DNA of 64,000 nt from an uncultured Butyricicoccus sp. (GCA_959018045.1 CAUEJN010000002.1:3577-67576), one strand, 5' to 3'; positions 12,979 through 24,371 are shown, counted from the first letter of the stretch. Numbers and translations: made by a program. Notes: a model not told the origin generated them from the sequence alone.

Positions 12979-13752
12979 ATGAAATGCCCCTACTGTAAGA
13001 TTCATTATATGGATGATGACCGGGAATGCCCGATGTGCGGCACGCCCAACCCCGAGCGCTGGTCGGGCAAGCAGCGCGTGAATAAGAAGTATAAGCAGTC
13101 GAGCAAGGCGAGCGACGACCGGAAATACAGCGCGGTGCGGCATAAAGAGACGCACGCGACGGCCAAGACGGTCGAGAGCGCGGACCTAAAGGGCAAGACC
13201 CATCGCTCGGATAAGAAGTCCTCGGCCAAGATTGGCGCGGTGGCTTCGGGCGCGGTTGTCGTCATCAGCCTGATTCCAACCCTGATTTCGGCCGTGGGCG
13301 ACGTGGTGAACGATCTGGATTTCACATCTTCCCCCTTCGCAGAAGCCGAACCGGCCATCCCGGACAGCATGGAACCCAGCCTTGACTATGAAGTACCGGC
13401 CTCGGCGTATGACACCGTGCAGGGCGAGTGGGTTGGACTGGACGAGGGCGGATACCTGTATTTCGACCTCGACAGCATGGATTACAGCTACGCACCGGAC
13501 GATCACAGCGATTTGGAGAATGGCTATGCCATCATCTACGAGATGGATACGTTTGATAACGATGACGGCACCAAACAGTACGATTATCAGGTGGATTTGT
13601 ACCCCAATTGGGATGATTACGGCTATTCCATGTACCTGAGCGCGTCGGACAGTGCGGACAGCCTGCTCGTCACCATGAAATTTGACGATCAGGGCTACAC
13701 CGATACCGACACTATGCTCCTGTGGGCACGTCCCGGCGCACAGGATATATAA
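12979..13752 (+). CDS. Hypothetical zinc-ribbon membrane protein
   Basis: N-terminal CPYC/CPMC, one hydrophobic helix, acidic C-terminal domain; GGAGG RBS; terminator follows. Confidence 0.7.
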   Translation: MKCPYCKIHYMDDDRECPMCGTPNPERWSGKQRVNKKYKQSSKASDDRKYSAVRHKETHATAKTVESADLKGKTHRSDKKSSAKIGAVASGAVVVISLIPTLISAVGDVVNDLDFTSSPFAEAEPAIPDSMEPSLDYEVPASAYDTVQGEWVGLDEGGYLYFDLDSMDYSYAPDDHSDLENGYAIIYEMDTFDNDDGTKQYDYQVDLYPNWDDYGYSMYLSASDSADSLLVTMKFDDQGYTDTDTMLLWARPGAQDI

Positions 13753-13757
13753 AGCCC

Positions 13758-13789
13758 AAAAAACCGCTCTTCGGAGCGGTTTTTCTTTT
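13758..13789 (+). terminator. Intrinsic terminator
   Basis: AAAAACCGCTC-TTCG-GAGCGGTTTTT. Confidence 0.8.
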
Positions 13790-13882
13790 GGCAGCCCCCT
13801 TGCTTTTCTGTGAATAATGTGATATATTTACCTCATAAAGATAGAAATATACCACATACGACCTAAGAGGAGGCTGTCTGCC

Positions 13883-14332
13883 ATGAAAGCAATTATGCGA
13901 AAGATTTTTCATAAGAATCCGCTCTATTATCTGGGATTTCTGGGCTTTGTGGGCATCATCGGGCTTTGTTTTTCGTCGCCCATTCTGAGCTCCTTCCTGC
14001 TCTGCTTTACGTTTTTTGCCTATGGCGACATGATTGCCGATGAAATGTTCTGGGAGAACGTCCGGCGGGCGGGATTTCGCGCTTTTCTGTCCGGTTTTGC
14101 CTTTGGCATCCTGTCTCAGGCCGTGATGGTGCCCCGCGCGATGTACTACGGCTTCCGGGAACTTCAGTTTGTGGACGGCTTCGCGCAGATTTCGGAGCAA
14201 TTTTATTTGCAGGCGCTGTTCGGCTCGGCGGCCTTTGTGCTGTCGTTTATCCTCATGCTGGTGGTTTTCACCGGGTCGCTTTTGATTTTCCGCCATCGTG
14301 AGAAGCAGAGCCTGCGCGAGTCGGAGGAGTGA
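13883..14332 (+). CDS. DUF3796-like membrane protein
   Basis: [10 protein letters not shown]-terminal motif and [11 protein letters not shown]; upstream of a small XRE regulator. Confidence 0.7.
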   Translation: MKAIMRKIFHKNPLYYLGFLGFVGIIGLCFSSPILSSFLLCFTFFAYGDMIADEMFWENVRRAGFRAFLSGFAFGILSQAVMVPRAMYYGFRELQFVDGFAQISEQFYLQALFGSAAFVLSFILMLVVFTGSLLIFRHREKQSLRESEE

Positions 14333-14337
14333 GACCG

Positions 14338-14541
14338 ATGGCACTCAAGACCAGAATGAAGGAATACCGCGCGCGATACCAGATGAGCCAGGAAGATCTG
14401 GCCGGACTGGTCGGCGTGCGGCGCGAGACGATTGGAAACCTGGAGAAAGGCCGATACAATCCGTCGCTCAAACTGGCAATGGACATTGCGCGGGTGTTCG
14501 AGACGACGGTAGAAGAGCTTTTTTGGTTTACCGAGGAATAA
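14338..14541 (+). CDS. XRE/Cro-C1 HTH transcriptional regulator
   Basis: [31 protein letters not shown]. Confidence 0.92.
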   Translation: MALKTRMKEYRARYQMSQEDLAGLVGVRRETIGNLEKGRYNPSLKLAMDIARVFETTVEELFWFTEE

Positions 14542-14567
14542 AAAAACCGCCCTTTCGGGCGGTTTTC
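14540..14567. terminator. Bidirectional terminator
   Basis: AAAACCGCCC-TTTC-GGGCGGTTTT between convergent genes. Confidence 0.8.
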
Positions 14568-14580
14568 TGTATCTTCCGGC

Positions 14581-15393
14581 TTATTCCAGATTGAGCTTGT
14601 TCTTGAGTACCCAGGTCGTGCCGAAGTAGAAAATGAGGGTTTCGACCAGGCCGACCAGAATGCTGAACCACAGCACCCTGTGCGTGCCGACGATGGGCGA
14701 AATCAGGAAAAAGTTGCCGATAAAGAGTGAGACCGCCGGGATATTGCCCAGAACGATGCCGAGCAGACCGGTGAGGAAGGACAGAGCGGTCTGAATGACG
14801 ATGAACCAGACAAAGCTCATCGCAACGCGGTGCTTGTTGGACAGATGACCGAGTGCCATTGCGATGTAGATGTCGGTGACCATGCTTGCGGTGCCGACGA
14901 TGCCGAGCAGGAACAGCTCGATGCAGATGAAGGTCACATCCAGATCCCAGTTTGCAAATAGCTGACCCAGATCGCGCAGGACCGCGCCCCAGTTGATGCC
15001 GGCAGAGCCCAGCATAAAGACCGACAGGATGCCGACGATGCAGGACAGAATGGTCATGATGGTTGCGCCGACCAGCTTGGACAGGGTGAGCTGCCAGGTG
15101 GGAACGGGCAGGGTGAACATCAGATAGCCTTCCTGACCGAGCAGACCCTTGTAGAATCGCTGGACGACGACGAGGAAGGTCACGACGGCGATGGCGACAC
15201 ACAGGCCGAAGTAGACCAGCATGGCGGTCAGCTGAGACAGGCCGCCGATTGTACCGGCGGTGGAAGCGGGGCCGTTGCCGCCGGCCGACCACATGATGGA
15301 GTTAATGAGCGCGACGGCGAGGATTGCGCCGTAGAGCGGGATGAGTCCCTTGGACAGCGACTTCATCTCGTATTTCATCAGTTTACCAAACAT
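14581..15393 (-). CDS. ABC-2 type permease
   Basis: KLMKYE start, GYLMFTLPV..LSKL motif, several TM helices; downstream of ABC ATPase. Confidence 0.85.
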   Translation of the reverse strand: MFGKLMKYEMKSLSKGLIPLYGAILAVALINSIMWSAGGNGPASTAGTIGGLSQLTAMLVYFGLCVAIAVVTFLVVVQRFYKGLLGQEGYLMFTLPVPTWQLTLSKLVGATIMTILSCIVGILSVFMLGSAGINWGAVLRDLGQLFANWDLDVTFICIELFLLGIVGTASMVTDIYIAMALGHLSNKHRVAMSFVWFIVIQTALSFLTGLLGIVLGNIPAVSLFIGNFFLISPIVGTHRVLWFSILVGLVETLIFYFGTTWVLKNKLNLE

Positions 15394-16166
15394 TAGAGGT
15401 CACCTCCCTGATAGGGTACTGCGCGAAAGACTTCGCGGAAGAGCTGATCGACCGACTTGCCTTCCACGGCGCGGATGTTGTCGACGGTGTCGTGACGAAC
15501 GATCTGGCCGTTTTGCAGGAAGATGACCTCATCGAGCACGCGCTCGATGTCGGAGATGAGGTGGGTAGAGATGATGACCGTGCCGTCCTCGTTGTAGTTT
15601 GTGAGGATGGTGCTCAGGATAAAGTCGCGGGCAGCGGGGTCGACGCCGGCGATGGGCTCGTCGAGCAGGTAGAGCTCAGCCTTGCGGCTCATGACGAGTA
15701 CGAGCTGTACTTTTTCCTTGGTGCCCTTGGACATGGTCTTGATGCGTTCGGTGGGACGGATGCCCAGCGCGGAGAACATTTCCGCAGCCTTCTGACGGTC
15801 GAAATCGACGTAGAAGTCGGAAAAGAAGTCCATCAGGTCGCAGGCGCGCATCCAGTTAGCGAAGTACATGCGGTCGGGCAGATAGCTGACGCGCGCCTTG
15901 GTCTCGACGCCGGGTGCGTAGCCGCCGATGAGGGCGATCCCCTCGGTGGGACGGAGCAGACCGTTCAAGATCTTGATTAAAGTGGTCTTACCCGAGCCAT
16001 TGGGGCCGAGCAGACCAATGATTTTGCCGCGGCCAAGCTCGAGGTCGAGGCCGTTCAGCGCAGGTTTTGCGCCGTATGTTTTTTTGAGATTTTGCAGCCG
16101 AATGAGTACGGGATCGACATTTTTATCGACCTGTACGAAATCAGCGCCTGTGCGCATTTCTTCCAT
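15393..16166 (-). CDS. ABC transporter ATP-binding protein
   Basis: GPNGSGKT, MSKG signature, LLDEP. Confidence 0.95.
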   Translation of the reverse strand: MEEMRTGADFVQVDKNVDPVLIRLQNLKKTYGAKPALNGLDLELGRGKIIGLLGPNGSGKTTLIKILNGLLRPTEGIALIGGYAPGVETKARVSYLPDRMYFANWMRACDLMDFFSDFYVDFDRQKAAEMFSALGIRPTERIKTMSKGTKEKVQLVLVMSRKAELYLLDEPIAGVDPAARDFILSTILTNYNEDGTVIISTHLISDIERVLDEVIFLQNGQIVRHDTVDNIRAVEGKSVDQLFREVFRAVPYQGGDL

Positions 16167-16173
16167 GAATCAC

Positions 16174-16542
16174 TTACCCCTTTCTGCGGTTTAGCAGCAT
16201 TTGCGCTGCCTGCGTTTCAGTATAACCGAGTGTGGCCATACCGGATACGTAGAGTTCCATTTTGTCTTCTGCCAGATTCTGGCGGACGCGTTCGACGGAG
16301 TCGGCATCCTCGGTGACGGTGCGTCCGGCGGTGCGATTGGTCGCGACCAGTCCATCGGTTTCCAGCTGCGCGAGTGCGCGCTGCATGGTGTTCGGATTGA
16401 CACCGGCCTGTGCGGCGAGATCGCGCACGGATGGCATCCGTGAGCCGAGCGGATAGACACCGGAGACGATGCGCTCGGTGAGTTGTTCGGTGAGCTGAGC
16501 CCAGATTGGGCGGTCGTCATTTAGTTTCCATTGCATGCTCAT
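16174..16542 (-). CDS. GntR-family (YtrA-type) regulator
   Basis: PSVRDLAAQAGVNPNTMQRAL; short YtrA-like length; heads an ABC operon. Confidence 0.92.
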   Translation of the reverse strand: MSMQWKLNDDRPIWAQLTEQLTERIVSGVYPLGSRMPSVRDLAAQAGVNPNTMQRALAQLETDGLVATNRTAGRTVTEDADSVERVRQNLAEDKMELYVSGMATLGYTETQAAQMLLNRRKG

Positions 16543-16559
16543 CCCTCCTTGTGTATTTG

Positions 16560-16608
16560 TGTATTAGTGGCTTAATACAAGGATACAACGGAGACGGGGA
16601 TTTGTCAA
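16560..16608 (-). promoter_or_regulatory. Promoter and YtrA-type operator
   Basis: TTGACA-17 bp-TATCCT on minus strand; palindrome TGTATTA-N6-TAATACA at 16560-16579. Confidence 0.8.
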
Positions 16609-16643
16609 GTGTCTTTTTTGTGATGGAAAGTTAGCGTTGTACG

Positions 16644-16997
16644 AATCCCGCCCGCAGGCGGAGATCGGGATTCTCAAGGGACGAGTCCCTTGAGCCCGTC
16701 CAGGTGGAACCTGGTCGAGCCCGCAGGCTCGAAACTCCCCTTTTGATTCCGGTCTTTTGACCGGAATCAACTAAAAAATAATAAAAAAGCGCGACCCGCA
16801 GGTCGCGCAATTCTCTGGAAAGACCGTCCGAAGGGACGGTCTTTCCTTTTTGTTTGTTTTGATTGAAACCCGGGGCGGACACCGGGTTTCAAAAAGGGGG
16901 TTCCGCTCGCTGCGGCGAGCGGCTCAGGGCTCTGCCCTGAGAACCCGCAGCCTTTCGAGAAAGGCTGGCGAAAGCTTCTATGATTGGTGCGGTGCTT
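16644..16997. repeat. Modular hairpin repeat copy R5 (two inverted arms sharing a central hairpin)
   Basis: Left end ATCCCGCCCGCAGGCG, right end GGTGCGGTGC; central GAAAGACCGTCC..GGACGGTCTTTC. Confidence 0.95.
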
Positions 16998-17004
16998 TGG
17001 GTGG

Positions 17005-17457
17005 TTATTCGCCCATGACCTGAAACACCACGTCACGCACACGGTTTCTGGTATCGCATTCAACCAACGTCAGATTCTGCCACGGGCCAATCGTCAATTT
17101 TCCGTCTACAAACGGAATCACGATAAACGGCGAGAGCAAAGCGGCCTTGATATGCGACGAACCGTTATCATCATGCCAGGTATCATGGTGATGATAGTGA
17201 ATCACGCGGCCGGTCTCGTCAGTATAGGGCGAGAAGATGTCCATTGCGGCTTTGAGGTCGTGGTGCACCATACCGGGTTCAAACTCCAGTGTGGTTAGAC
17301 CTGCGACACCGCCGGTGGTAAAACCGGTGATGGTGCCCGAGGAGATGCCTTTTTCCTGGCAGGCAGCGGTGACAGCGGCCTGAAAGTCCTCGGTAATGTC
17401 GATCATACCCATGTGAGCACGGGTTTTGTAGGTTTTGGTCATGGTGTAGACTGCCAT
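17005..17457 (-). CDS. YjbQ / secondary thiamine-phosphate synthase family protein
   Basis: IDITE, E.EPG, NGSSHIKAAL, GPWQ..ECD motifs; start reassigned to MAVYTM. Confidence 0.85.
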   Translation of the reverse strand: MAVYTMTKTYKTRAHMGMIDITEDFQAAVTAACQEKGISSGTITGFTTGGVAGLTTLEFEPGMVHHDLKAAMDIFSPYTDETGRVIHYHHHDTWHDDNGSSHIKAALLSPFIVIPFVDGKLTIGPWQNLTLVECDTRNRVRDVVFQVMGE

Positions 17458-17498
17458 GGGGGTCACATTCCTTTTTGGGTGAGATTTATAATAAGTAA

Positions 17499-18362
17499 TC
17501 AGAGACAGAGTAAATACTGTCCGTAGAGGGTCTGGCTGAGTTCGTTGCCCATCCGATGCACATCGTCCACGTCGATATAGCCGCGGTTGAGCGCGATTTC
17601 TTCCAGACAAGCCACATATCTGCCGGTGTCGTCCTGCACTTCCTTGACGCCCATGCCGGCGGTCAGGAGGTTGTCCGCAGTTCCGGCGTCGAGCCAGACG
17701 AAATCGCGGTCAAGTTTGATTACATGCAGTTGATTTCTACGGAGATATTCCAAATTGACATCGCTGATTTCCAGCTCGCCGCGAGCCGAGGGCTGGATGC
17801 CCTTGGCGATCTCGATGACCGAGTTATCGTAGAAATAGAGGCCGGGAATGATGTAATTGGACTTGGGCAGACGGGGTTTCTCTTCGATCGAGATGGCGCG
17901 GCCAGCCTCATCGAACTCGACCACGCCGAACGCGCGGGGATTGTGGACGTAGTAGCCGAATACGGTCGCACCGCCCTGATGGGAGGTACGCACGGCGCGT
18001 GCGAGGGTAGATTCCAGAGTGAGGCTGTGGAAGATGTTGTCGCCCAGTACGAGACAGATGGGGTCTTTGCCGATGAAGCGTTCACCGATGAGCAGAGCGT
18101 CAGCGATGCCGCGTGCGACTTCCTGAACTTCATAGGAGATGTTGACGCCCCAGTGCGCACCGTTGCCGAGCAGACGGTAGAAGGGGCCTTCCTCTCCGGG
18201 CGGGATGATGATGAGGATGTCGCGAATACCGGCCTGCATGAGCACGGCAAGCGGATAGTAGATCATGGGCTTGTCGTAGACGGGCAAGAGCGGCTTGCAA
18301 GTCGGGCGCGTCATGGGGTAGAGTCTTGAACCCTTACCAGCCGCGAGGATAATACCTTTCAT
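17499..18362 (-). CDS. rfbA: Glucose-1-phosphate thymidylyltransferase
   Basis: GIILAAGKGSRLYP, LLPVYDKPMIYYP, SARGELEI, WLDAGT. Confidence 0.92.
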   Translation of the reverse strand: MKGIILAAGKGSRLYPMTRPTCKPLLPVYDKPMIYYPLAVLMQAGIRDILIIIPPGEEGPFYRLLGNGAHWGVNISYEVQEVARGIADALLIGERFIGKDPICLVLGDNIFHSLTLESTLARAVRTSHQGGATVFGYYVHNPRAFGVVEFDEAGRAISIEEKPRLPKSNYIIPGLYFYDNSVIEIAKGIQPSARGELEISDVNLEYLRRNQLHVIKLDRDFVWLDAGTADNLLTAGMGVKEVQDDTGRYVACLEEIALNRGYIDVDDVHRMGNELSQTLYGQYLLCL

Positions 18363-18750
18363 TGCGGTTGCACTTCCTCCTTATATAGATGACCGTCCGG
18401 CGGATTGCGGACAGCGATGGTGCGGCGCGGCCAGACGGAGCCGAACGCCGAAGATATCGGAGATATCGATTCTGATATCACATTATAGCACACTGCGGAC
18501 TCAAAAAACAATGTTTCGCAAAAAATTAACGAATACGACTTAAAAAATTCAAAATCGGGACGGAAAGACGGTCGAAAACAGTGGAACGGAGGGGGGACAG
18601 AGGGGGATAGAGGGGATAGAAAAGGTTGGAAAAAGTACCACATATGTGATATTATGATAACGTATCACAATTTTGCAAAAACGGAGGAATCAGAGACTAT
18701 GAAAGCGTTCACGGCGCATTGCGCCCGCGCTCTGGAAGGAGGTGCGGCGC

Positions 18751-21390
18751 ATGGCTGAAAGCCGGAAGAAGACCGCGACGGCCAATAAAACGACGAGTAA
18801 GAAGGGCGCATCGTCCGACTCGTCGCGCAAGACACGCAAGATGCCGGCGGTGCAGGAGGAAAAACGCCGCCCACACGTGAGTACGCCCCATCCCGAGGAG
18901 GAATCCATCCCGCGCGAGGTCTGGGCAGCCATTTACGGCGTGCTGGGCGTGCTGTGCCTGATTTCGGTACTCAAAAGCGACGGCTTTGTGCTGCGCCTCA
19001 TCCATACTGCCCTGGGGGGGCTGTTCGGCTGGGGGCTGTACGTCTGGCCGTTTGCACTCTTTGGCCTGTGTGTCCTGCTCATCACCCGCCGCCGCGGCGC
19101 GGTGCGTCTGCGCGGTGCGGCCATCGCCTGCCTGCCCATCTTCATCGGCGCACTGGCGCACGCCTTTTTCTGCGGCGCCGATTACAGCACAGCCGGCATG
19201 ACCGTCTTTCGCCTGCTGGGCGATGGCGCCAAGCTGCAAGCGGGCGGCCTGATTTCGGGTGGACTGTATACCATTCTGCGCTGGGCATTTTCGGGCATCG
19301 GCGCGAATATTTTGCTGGTCATCGGTCTGCTGGCGGACATTATGACCATCTGCCGCATCACACCGGGCGCGGTGTGGGATGCACTCAGACCGCTCGATGC
19401 CGACTATGACGAGGACGAGATCGACGACGGCCCGATCGTGCTGCCCAACGTGCATGAGGCCATCGCCAACCGCCGCGCACAGCGCGCGGAAAAGCGCGCA
19501 GCGTTCGACATCGCACTGGATGACGAGGATGAGGACATCCAGCCTGTGCACAAATCGGTACATAAGGACGAACCGGCCGAGCAGGACGAAGCACCCCAGT
19601 CCATCCCCCAACTTGTGATGGATGCGGTGCGCGACCAGTCGGATTTTGAGTCGGTGCATATTCCCGAACCGGCCGACGAGGACGAGGACAACGCCTTTGG
19701 CGATATTCTTTCCCTGCTGGAAAACCGGGACGCATTAGAGCCCGACGAGGACGATACCCCGCCGTGGGAGCAGCCCGCGCAGCACGCGGATAAGCCCAAG
19801 CCGTCCGATAAGCCGGGTAAGATCTCGGAGGACGAACAGGCCGCCCTGTCGGCACAGATGGACGAGAGCCAGAAAGCCCCGGCTCCGGTCTATGAACATC
19901 CCCCGATTGACCTGCTCGACATGCCCAAGGGAAGCTCTAAGGGCAACGTGCAGGCCGAGCTGACCGAGAACAGCCAGCGTTTGATCGATACACTGGAGTC
20001 GTTCGGCATCGAAGCGCAGATTATCGGCATCGTGCGCGGCCCGTCGGTCACCCGCTTCGAGCTGACCATCGAGCGCGGCATCAAGTTCAGCCGCATCACT
20101 GCCCTGTCCGACGATATCGCCCTGTCGCTCGGCGCGGTGTCGGTGCGTATCTCACCCATCCCGGACAAGGTCGCAATCGGCATCGAGGTGCCCAATAAAA
20201 CGGTCACCATGGTCAATATCCGCGAGGTTCTGGGCTCTGAGACCTTCGAAAAAGCCAAATCCCATGTCGCTTTCTCGGTCGGCAAGGACATCACCGGCGC
20301 ACCGGTTGTCGGTAATATCGCAAAGATGCCCCACTTGCTCATCGCAGGTACCACCGGTTCGGGTAAGTCGGTGTGTGTCAACTCCATGCTCATCTCACTC
20401 CTGTATAAATCCTCTCCCGAAGAGGTTCGCCTGATTATGGTCGACCCCAAAATGGTCGAACTCGGCAACTATAACGGCATCCCCCACCTGCTCATCCCGG
20501 TTGTTACCGACCCCAAAAAGGCCGCAGGCGCACTCAACTGGGCGGTTGGCGAGATGGAGCGCCGCTATAAACTGTTTGCCGATCATCAGGTGCGTAAACT
20601 CGAGGACTTCAACGCCCTCATGCGTAAAAAGAAGGCCGAAGCGGCTGAGGTGGAGGGCGGAACGCCCGAGGCTTACCAGGTTCTGCCCGAAATCGTCATC
20701 GTCATCGACGAGCTGGCCGATCTGATGATGGTCGCAGCCAAGGAGGTCGAAACTTCCATCTGCCGTATCGCACAGAAGGCGCGTGCCGCCGGTATGTACC
20801 TGATCGTCGCAACCCAGCGACCGTCGTCTGACGTCATCACCGGTATCATGAAGGCAAATATCCCCTCGCGTATCGCGTTTGCCGTTGCGTCCCAGATCGA
20901 GTCACGTATCATCCTCGACCAGACCGGCGCGGAAAAACTTATCGGTAAGGGCGATATGCTGTACGCACCGCTCGGCGAGGGCAAACCCCAGCGTATTCAG
21001 GGCTGCTTCATCTCCAATGACGAAATTGAACGCGTCATCGAGTTCGTCAAGCAAAACGGCTCGGCGGAATATAGCGAGGAAATTCTGGAACACATCGAGA
21101 AGCAGGCCGCAGGCGATAGCGCAGGCGGCGGCAGCGGCGGCGGTGACGGCAGCGGCGAGGAAGACGAGCTGCTCATGGAAGCCATCGACGTCGTGCTTGA
21201 TTGCGGTCAGGCATCGGTGTCCATGCTTCAGAGAAGACTCAAACTCGGCTACTCCCGCGCCGCAAGAATCGTCGATCAGATGGAGGAACGCGGCATCGTC
21301 GGCCCGTTTGAGGGCAGTAAACCGCGCCAAATCCTGATTTCTAAGGACGATTGGCGGGAAATGAAGATGCGCCGCGCACAGCTCCCCTAA
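18751..21390 (+). CDS. ftsK: DNA translocase FtsK/SpoIIIE
   Basis: N-terminal TM domain, acidic linker, [18 protein letters not shown]-terminal gamma domain ([16 protein letters not shown]). Confidence 0.96.
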   Translation: MAESRKKTATANKTTSKKGASSDSSRKTRKMPAVQEEKRRPHVSTPHPEEESIPREVWAAIYGVLGVLCLISVLKSDGFVLRLIHTALGGLFGWGLYVWPFALFGLCVLLITRRRGAVRLRGAAIACLPIFIGALAHAFFCGADYSTAGMTVFRLLGDGAKLQAGGLISGGLYTILRWAFSGIGANILLVIGLLADIMTICRITPGAVWDALRPLDADYDEDEIDDGPIVLPNVHEAIANRRAQRAEKRAAFDIALDDEDEDIQPVHKSVHKDEPAEQDEAPQSIPQLVMDAVRDQSDFESVHIPEPADEDEDNAFGDILSLLENRDALEPDEDDTPPWEQPAQHADKPKPSDKPGKISEDEQAALSAQMDESQKAPAPVYEHPPIDLLDMPKGSSKGNVQAELTENSQRLIDTLESFGIEAQIIGIVRGPSVTRFELTIERGIKFSRITALSDDIALSLGAVSVRISPIPDKVAIGIEVPNKTVTMVNIREVLGSETFEKAKSHVAFSVGKDITGAPVVGNIAKMPHLLIAGTTGSGKSVCVNSMLISLLYKSSPEEVRLIMVDPKMVELGNYNGIPHLLIPVVTDPKKAAGALNWAVGEMERRYKLFADHQVRKLEDFNALMRKKKAEAAEVEGGTPEAYQVLPEIVIVIDELADLMMVAAKEVETSICRIAQKARAAGMYLIVATQRPSSDVITGIMKANIPSRIAFAVASQIESRIILDQTGAEKLIGKGDMLYAPLGEGKPQRIQGCFISNDEIERVIEFVKQNGSAEYSEEILEHIEKQAAGDSAGGGSGGGDGSGEEDELLMEAIDVVLDCGQASVSMLQRRLKLGYSRAARIVDQMEERGIVGPFEGSKPRQILISKDDWREMKMRRAQLP

Positions 21391-21391
21391 C

Positions 21392-21882
21392 TCCCGCCCG
21401 CAGGCGAAATAAAGCTTTCGCCAGCCTTTCTCGAAAGGCTGCGGGTTCTCAGGGCAGAGCCCTGAGCCGGACTCCGCAGAGTCCGGAATCCCCACTTGAA
21501 ACCCGGTGTCCGACCCGGGTTTCAACCCAAAATAACAAAAAATCGCTCGCCGCAGCGAGCGAAATTCCCCCGCGCGTGAAACGCGCTCATGGAATCCGTT
21601 CTAACGGAACGGATTTCCCAAACTATGCCCTTTGTGCGCACACTTAAACTGAAAGACCGCAGACTGGGCAGAGGAAGGAAAACCAATCCGGCAGGTTGGT
21701 TTTCATGAACGCGCTTTGCGCGTAAGAAAAGAACGATATTTTAGTTGATTTTCCCTTGCGGGGGACGGGAAAATCAAAAGGGGAGTTTCGAGCCTGCGGG
21801 CTCGACTTAGGGCTCTGCCCTAAGGACCCGCAAACCTTTGAAAAGGTTTGATCCAAACTTCATTTCGCCTGCGGGCGGGAAT
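21392..21882. repeat. Modular hairpin repeat copy R6 (two arms, 19-bp perfect terminal inverted repeat, central linker)
   Basis: TCCCGCCCGCAGGCGAAAT at 21392-21410 and its reverse complement at 21862-21880. Confidence 0.95.
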
Positions 21883-21928
21883 CAGTTCTCCCCTACCCCA
21901 AAAATCCACTTCACAGGAGGTTTTTACC

Positions 21929-22435
21929 ATGTCTCTCAAGAAAATCGACGCAAGCACGCTCACCTTTAACCCCTTTGAGAAGCTCTCTAAGCAGTGGGCG
22001 CTCGTGGGCGCAGGCAGCATGGACAAGTTCAACATGATGACAGTCAGCTGGGGCGCAGTCGGTGTCATCTGGGGCAAGCCCTCGGTGACCGCTTACATCC
22101 GCCAGACCCGTTACACCAAGGAGTTCGTCGACTCGAGCGATACCTTCACCCTGACCTTCCTGAAGGACGGCAACCGCGACGCGCTGAACGTACTGGGCAG
22201 CAAGTCGGGACGCGACATGGATAAGATGAAGGATTCCGGCCTGACTCCGATCGAGGTCGACGGCGTGGTCATGTTCGAGGAAGCCGAGCTGGTACTGGTT
22301 TGCCGCAAGCGCTTTGTGCAGGACATGCCCGAGGAAAACTTTGTCAATCAGGAAACGCTGGATAAGTGGTACGCCGATCAGAACTACCACACTATGTACA
22401 TCGGTGAGATCGTCGCAGCTTACGCAGCAGAATAA
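21929..22435 (+). CDS. Flavin reductase family protein
   Basis: NMMTVSWG, RYTKEF, GSKSGRD, HTMYIGEI. Confidence 0.88.
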   Translation: MSLKKIDASTLTFNPFEKLSKQWALVGAGSMDKFNMMTVSWGAVGVIWGKPSVTAYIRQTRYTKEFVDSSDTFTLTFLKDGNRDALNVLGSKSGRDMDKMKDSGLTPIEVDGVVMFEEAELVLVCRKRFVQDMPEENFVNQETLDKWYADQNYHTMYIGEIVAAYAAE

Positions 22436-22579
22436 AGCCTTTTTTTCGAGCACATCTGACGCATAGATGTGCTCTTTTTATAAAAATTCAAAAAATTTTG
22501 AATTTGGTCACGAAATATTCAAAAATATCCGGTATAATCGGATATAATAATGAAGTACGCTTGGAAGGAGACCGCAGAT

Positions 22580-23260
22580 ATGGCCTTGATACTGATTGCC
22601 GACGACGAGGCACGCATTCGCAGACTGGTTGCGGATTTTCTGCGCCGGGATGGTCATACGATTTTGGAGGCCGGAGACGGTGCGGAAGCGCTGGACCTCG
22701 TGACCGAGCGCCGGAGTGAGCTTTCTCTGGTGATTTTAGACGTGATGATGCCTAAGATGGACGGCTTTGCCGTGCTTTCGGCCATTCGCGCGGGCGATCA
22801 CGGCAAACCGCTGCCGGTGATGATGCTGACCGCGCGCGCCGAGGACACCGACGAGCTGCACGGTCTGGAATCGGGCGCGGACGATTACGTTGCAAAGCCG
22901 TTTTCGCCGCTGGTGCTGGCGGCACGCGTCAAGACGCTCCTCAAGCGCTCGGGCGCACCGGCTGACGAGGCCGAGAGCTTCGGTGACCTGACCGTAGACG
23001 AGCGCAGCCGTGCGGTATCGGTCGCGGGCAATCCGGTCGATCTGACCCCCAAGGAGTACGAACTTCTGGTGTACTTCAAGAACAACCGCCGGGTCGCGCT
23101 GTCGCGTGAAACCATCTTAAACGCGGTTTGGGGCTATGATTACTTCGGGGATCTGCGCACGGTCGACACCCACATCAAGAAGCTGCGCGCAAAGCTCGGC
23201 ACATGCGGTACACTCATCGGTACGGTACGCGGCTACGGCTACCGTTTCGAAGCCGACTAA
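22580..23260 (+). CDS. OmpR/PhoB-family response regulator
   Basis: LDVMMP receiver motif, KPFSP, winged helix RTVDTHIKKLR, TVRGYGYRF. Confidence 0.95.
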   Translation: MALILIADDEARIRRLVADFLRRDGHTILEAGDGAEALDLVTERRSELSLVILDVMMPKMDGFAVLSAIRAGDHGKPLPVMMLTARAEDTDELHGLESGADDYVAKPFSPLVLAARVKTLLKRSGAPADEAESFGDLTVDERSRAVSVAGNPVDLTPKEYELLVYFKNNRRVALSRETILNAVWGYDYFGDLRTVDTHIKKLRAKLGTCGTLIGTVRGYGYRFEAD

Positions 23261-23374
23261 CCCGGTTTTCCCACGCCCTTCCCATGCCGGAATCTGTCAA
23301 AACTATCAAAATTGGTTTACTTTTCCGGCAGGCTGTGGTATGCTAGGGATATATCGGATACGGAGGTGAAAGCC

Positions 23375-23839
23375 GTGCTGTCACGCGAAAAGTTGGAGGC
23401 CTATCTCGAAAAAGAGGACATTGAATACCATCTTGACGAGGAAGACCCCGACCGCGTTCTGGTGGTCTTTCAGACCAAAGCGCTGTCCAACGTCTCGCTC
23501 GATATCACGATCTTAAACAGCCGTACCGTACTCTTTCTCTCCCGCCTGCCGCTGAGCGTTCCGCCCGAGCACCGCGCGGCGGTGTGCGAGTACATTACCC
23601 GCGTCAACTACAGCGTCGTGTTGGGCGGGTTCGAGATGAACCTGGACGAGGGCGACGTCAATTATAAGATCGTCGGCGCACTCGGACGGGAGAACGAGAT
23701 CGACCGGGAAGCATTTTGCCGTCTGCTCTATCTGGGCAACAGCATGCTCGATAAATATGCGCCGGGCATTCTGGCCATCCTATACGGAGGCAAGACTGCC
23801 GCGGAGGCATACCAATCTTTTACGAAATCCAACAACTAA
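23375..23839 (+). CDS. YbjN-domain (T3SS chaperone-like fold) protein, paralog 1
   Basis: RAAVCEYITRVNY..GGFEMNLDEGDVNYK; GTG start after GGAGG. Confidence 0.75.
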   Translation: MLSREKLEAYLEKEDIEYHLDEEDPDRVLVVFQTKALSNVSLDITILNSRTVLFLSRLPLSVPPEHRAAVCEYITRVNYSVVLGGFEMNLDEGDVNYKIVGALGRENEIDREAFCRLLYLGNSMLDKYAPGILAILYGGKTAAEAYQSFTKSNN

Positions 23840-23860
23840 GAAAAAGTGAGGGACAAAACA

Positions 23861-24328
23861 ATGGCTTTTGATCTGAAGCAAATCGCAAAGTACTATAAGG
23901 AAGATATGCAGCTTAACTTCGCGCTTGAGGAGGAGAACAACCGCATCCGTTTCTCCATGGATACCGAGGCAATGAAGGAAGTTCGCTTCATGGCATACAA
24001 GGAAAACCCGCACACCATGCTGTTTTTGACCTATCTGCCCATGAAGGTCGAGGAAGACAAGCGTGCAGCAGTTGCAGAGTACCTGACCCGTGCAAACTAC
24101 GGCCTGCATGTTGGTAACTTCGAGATGGACATGACCGACGGCGAAGTTCGCTACAAGACCACCGGCGTTGCAGACGAGGACACCATGCCGGGTCTGGACG
24201 TCATCCGTCGTCTGACCTATGTTGGCTTCAGCATGTTCGACCGTTACGTTCCGAGCCTGCTGTCCATCCTGTACGGCGGCAAGACTGCGGAAGAAGCAAT
24301 CGCAGAAGCTGAGAAGGACATGCACTAA
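23861..24328 (+). CDS. YbjN-domain protein, paralog 2
   Basis: RAAVAEYLTRANYGLHVGNFEMDMTDGEVRYK; clearly homologous to the upstream gene. Confidence 0.78.
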   Translation: MAFDLKQIAKYYKEDMQLNFALEEENNRIRFSMDTEAMKEVRFMAYKENPHTMLFLTYLPMKVEEDKRAAVAEYLTRANYGLHVGNFEMDMTDGEVRYKTTGVADEDTMPGLDVIRRLTYVGFSMFDRYVPSLLSILYGGKTAEEAIAEAEKDMH

Positions 24329-24371
24329 GATCCGAAATCAGGAAAAAGAGCCGGTTTGACCCGGCAGAGCG

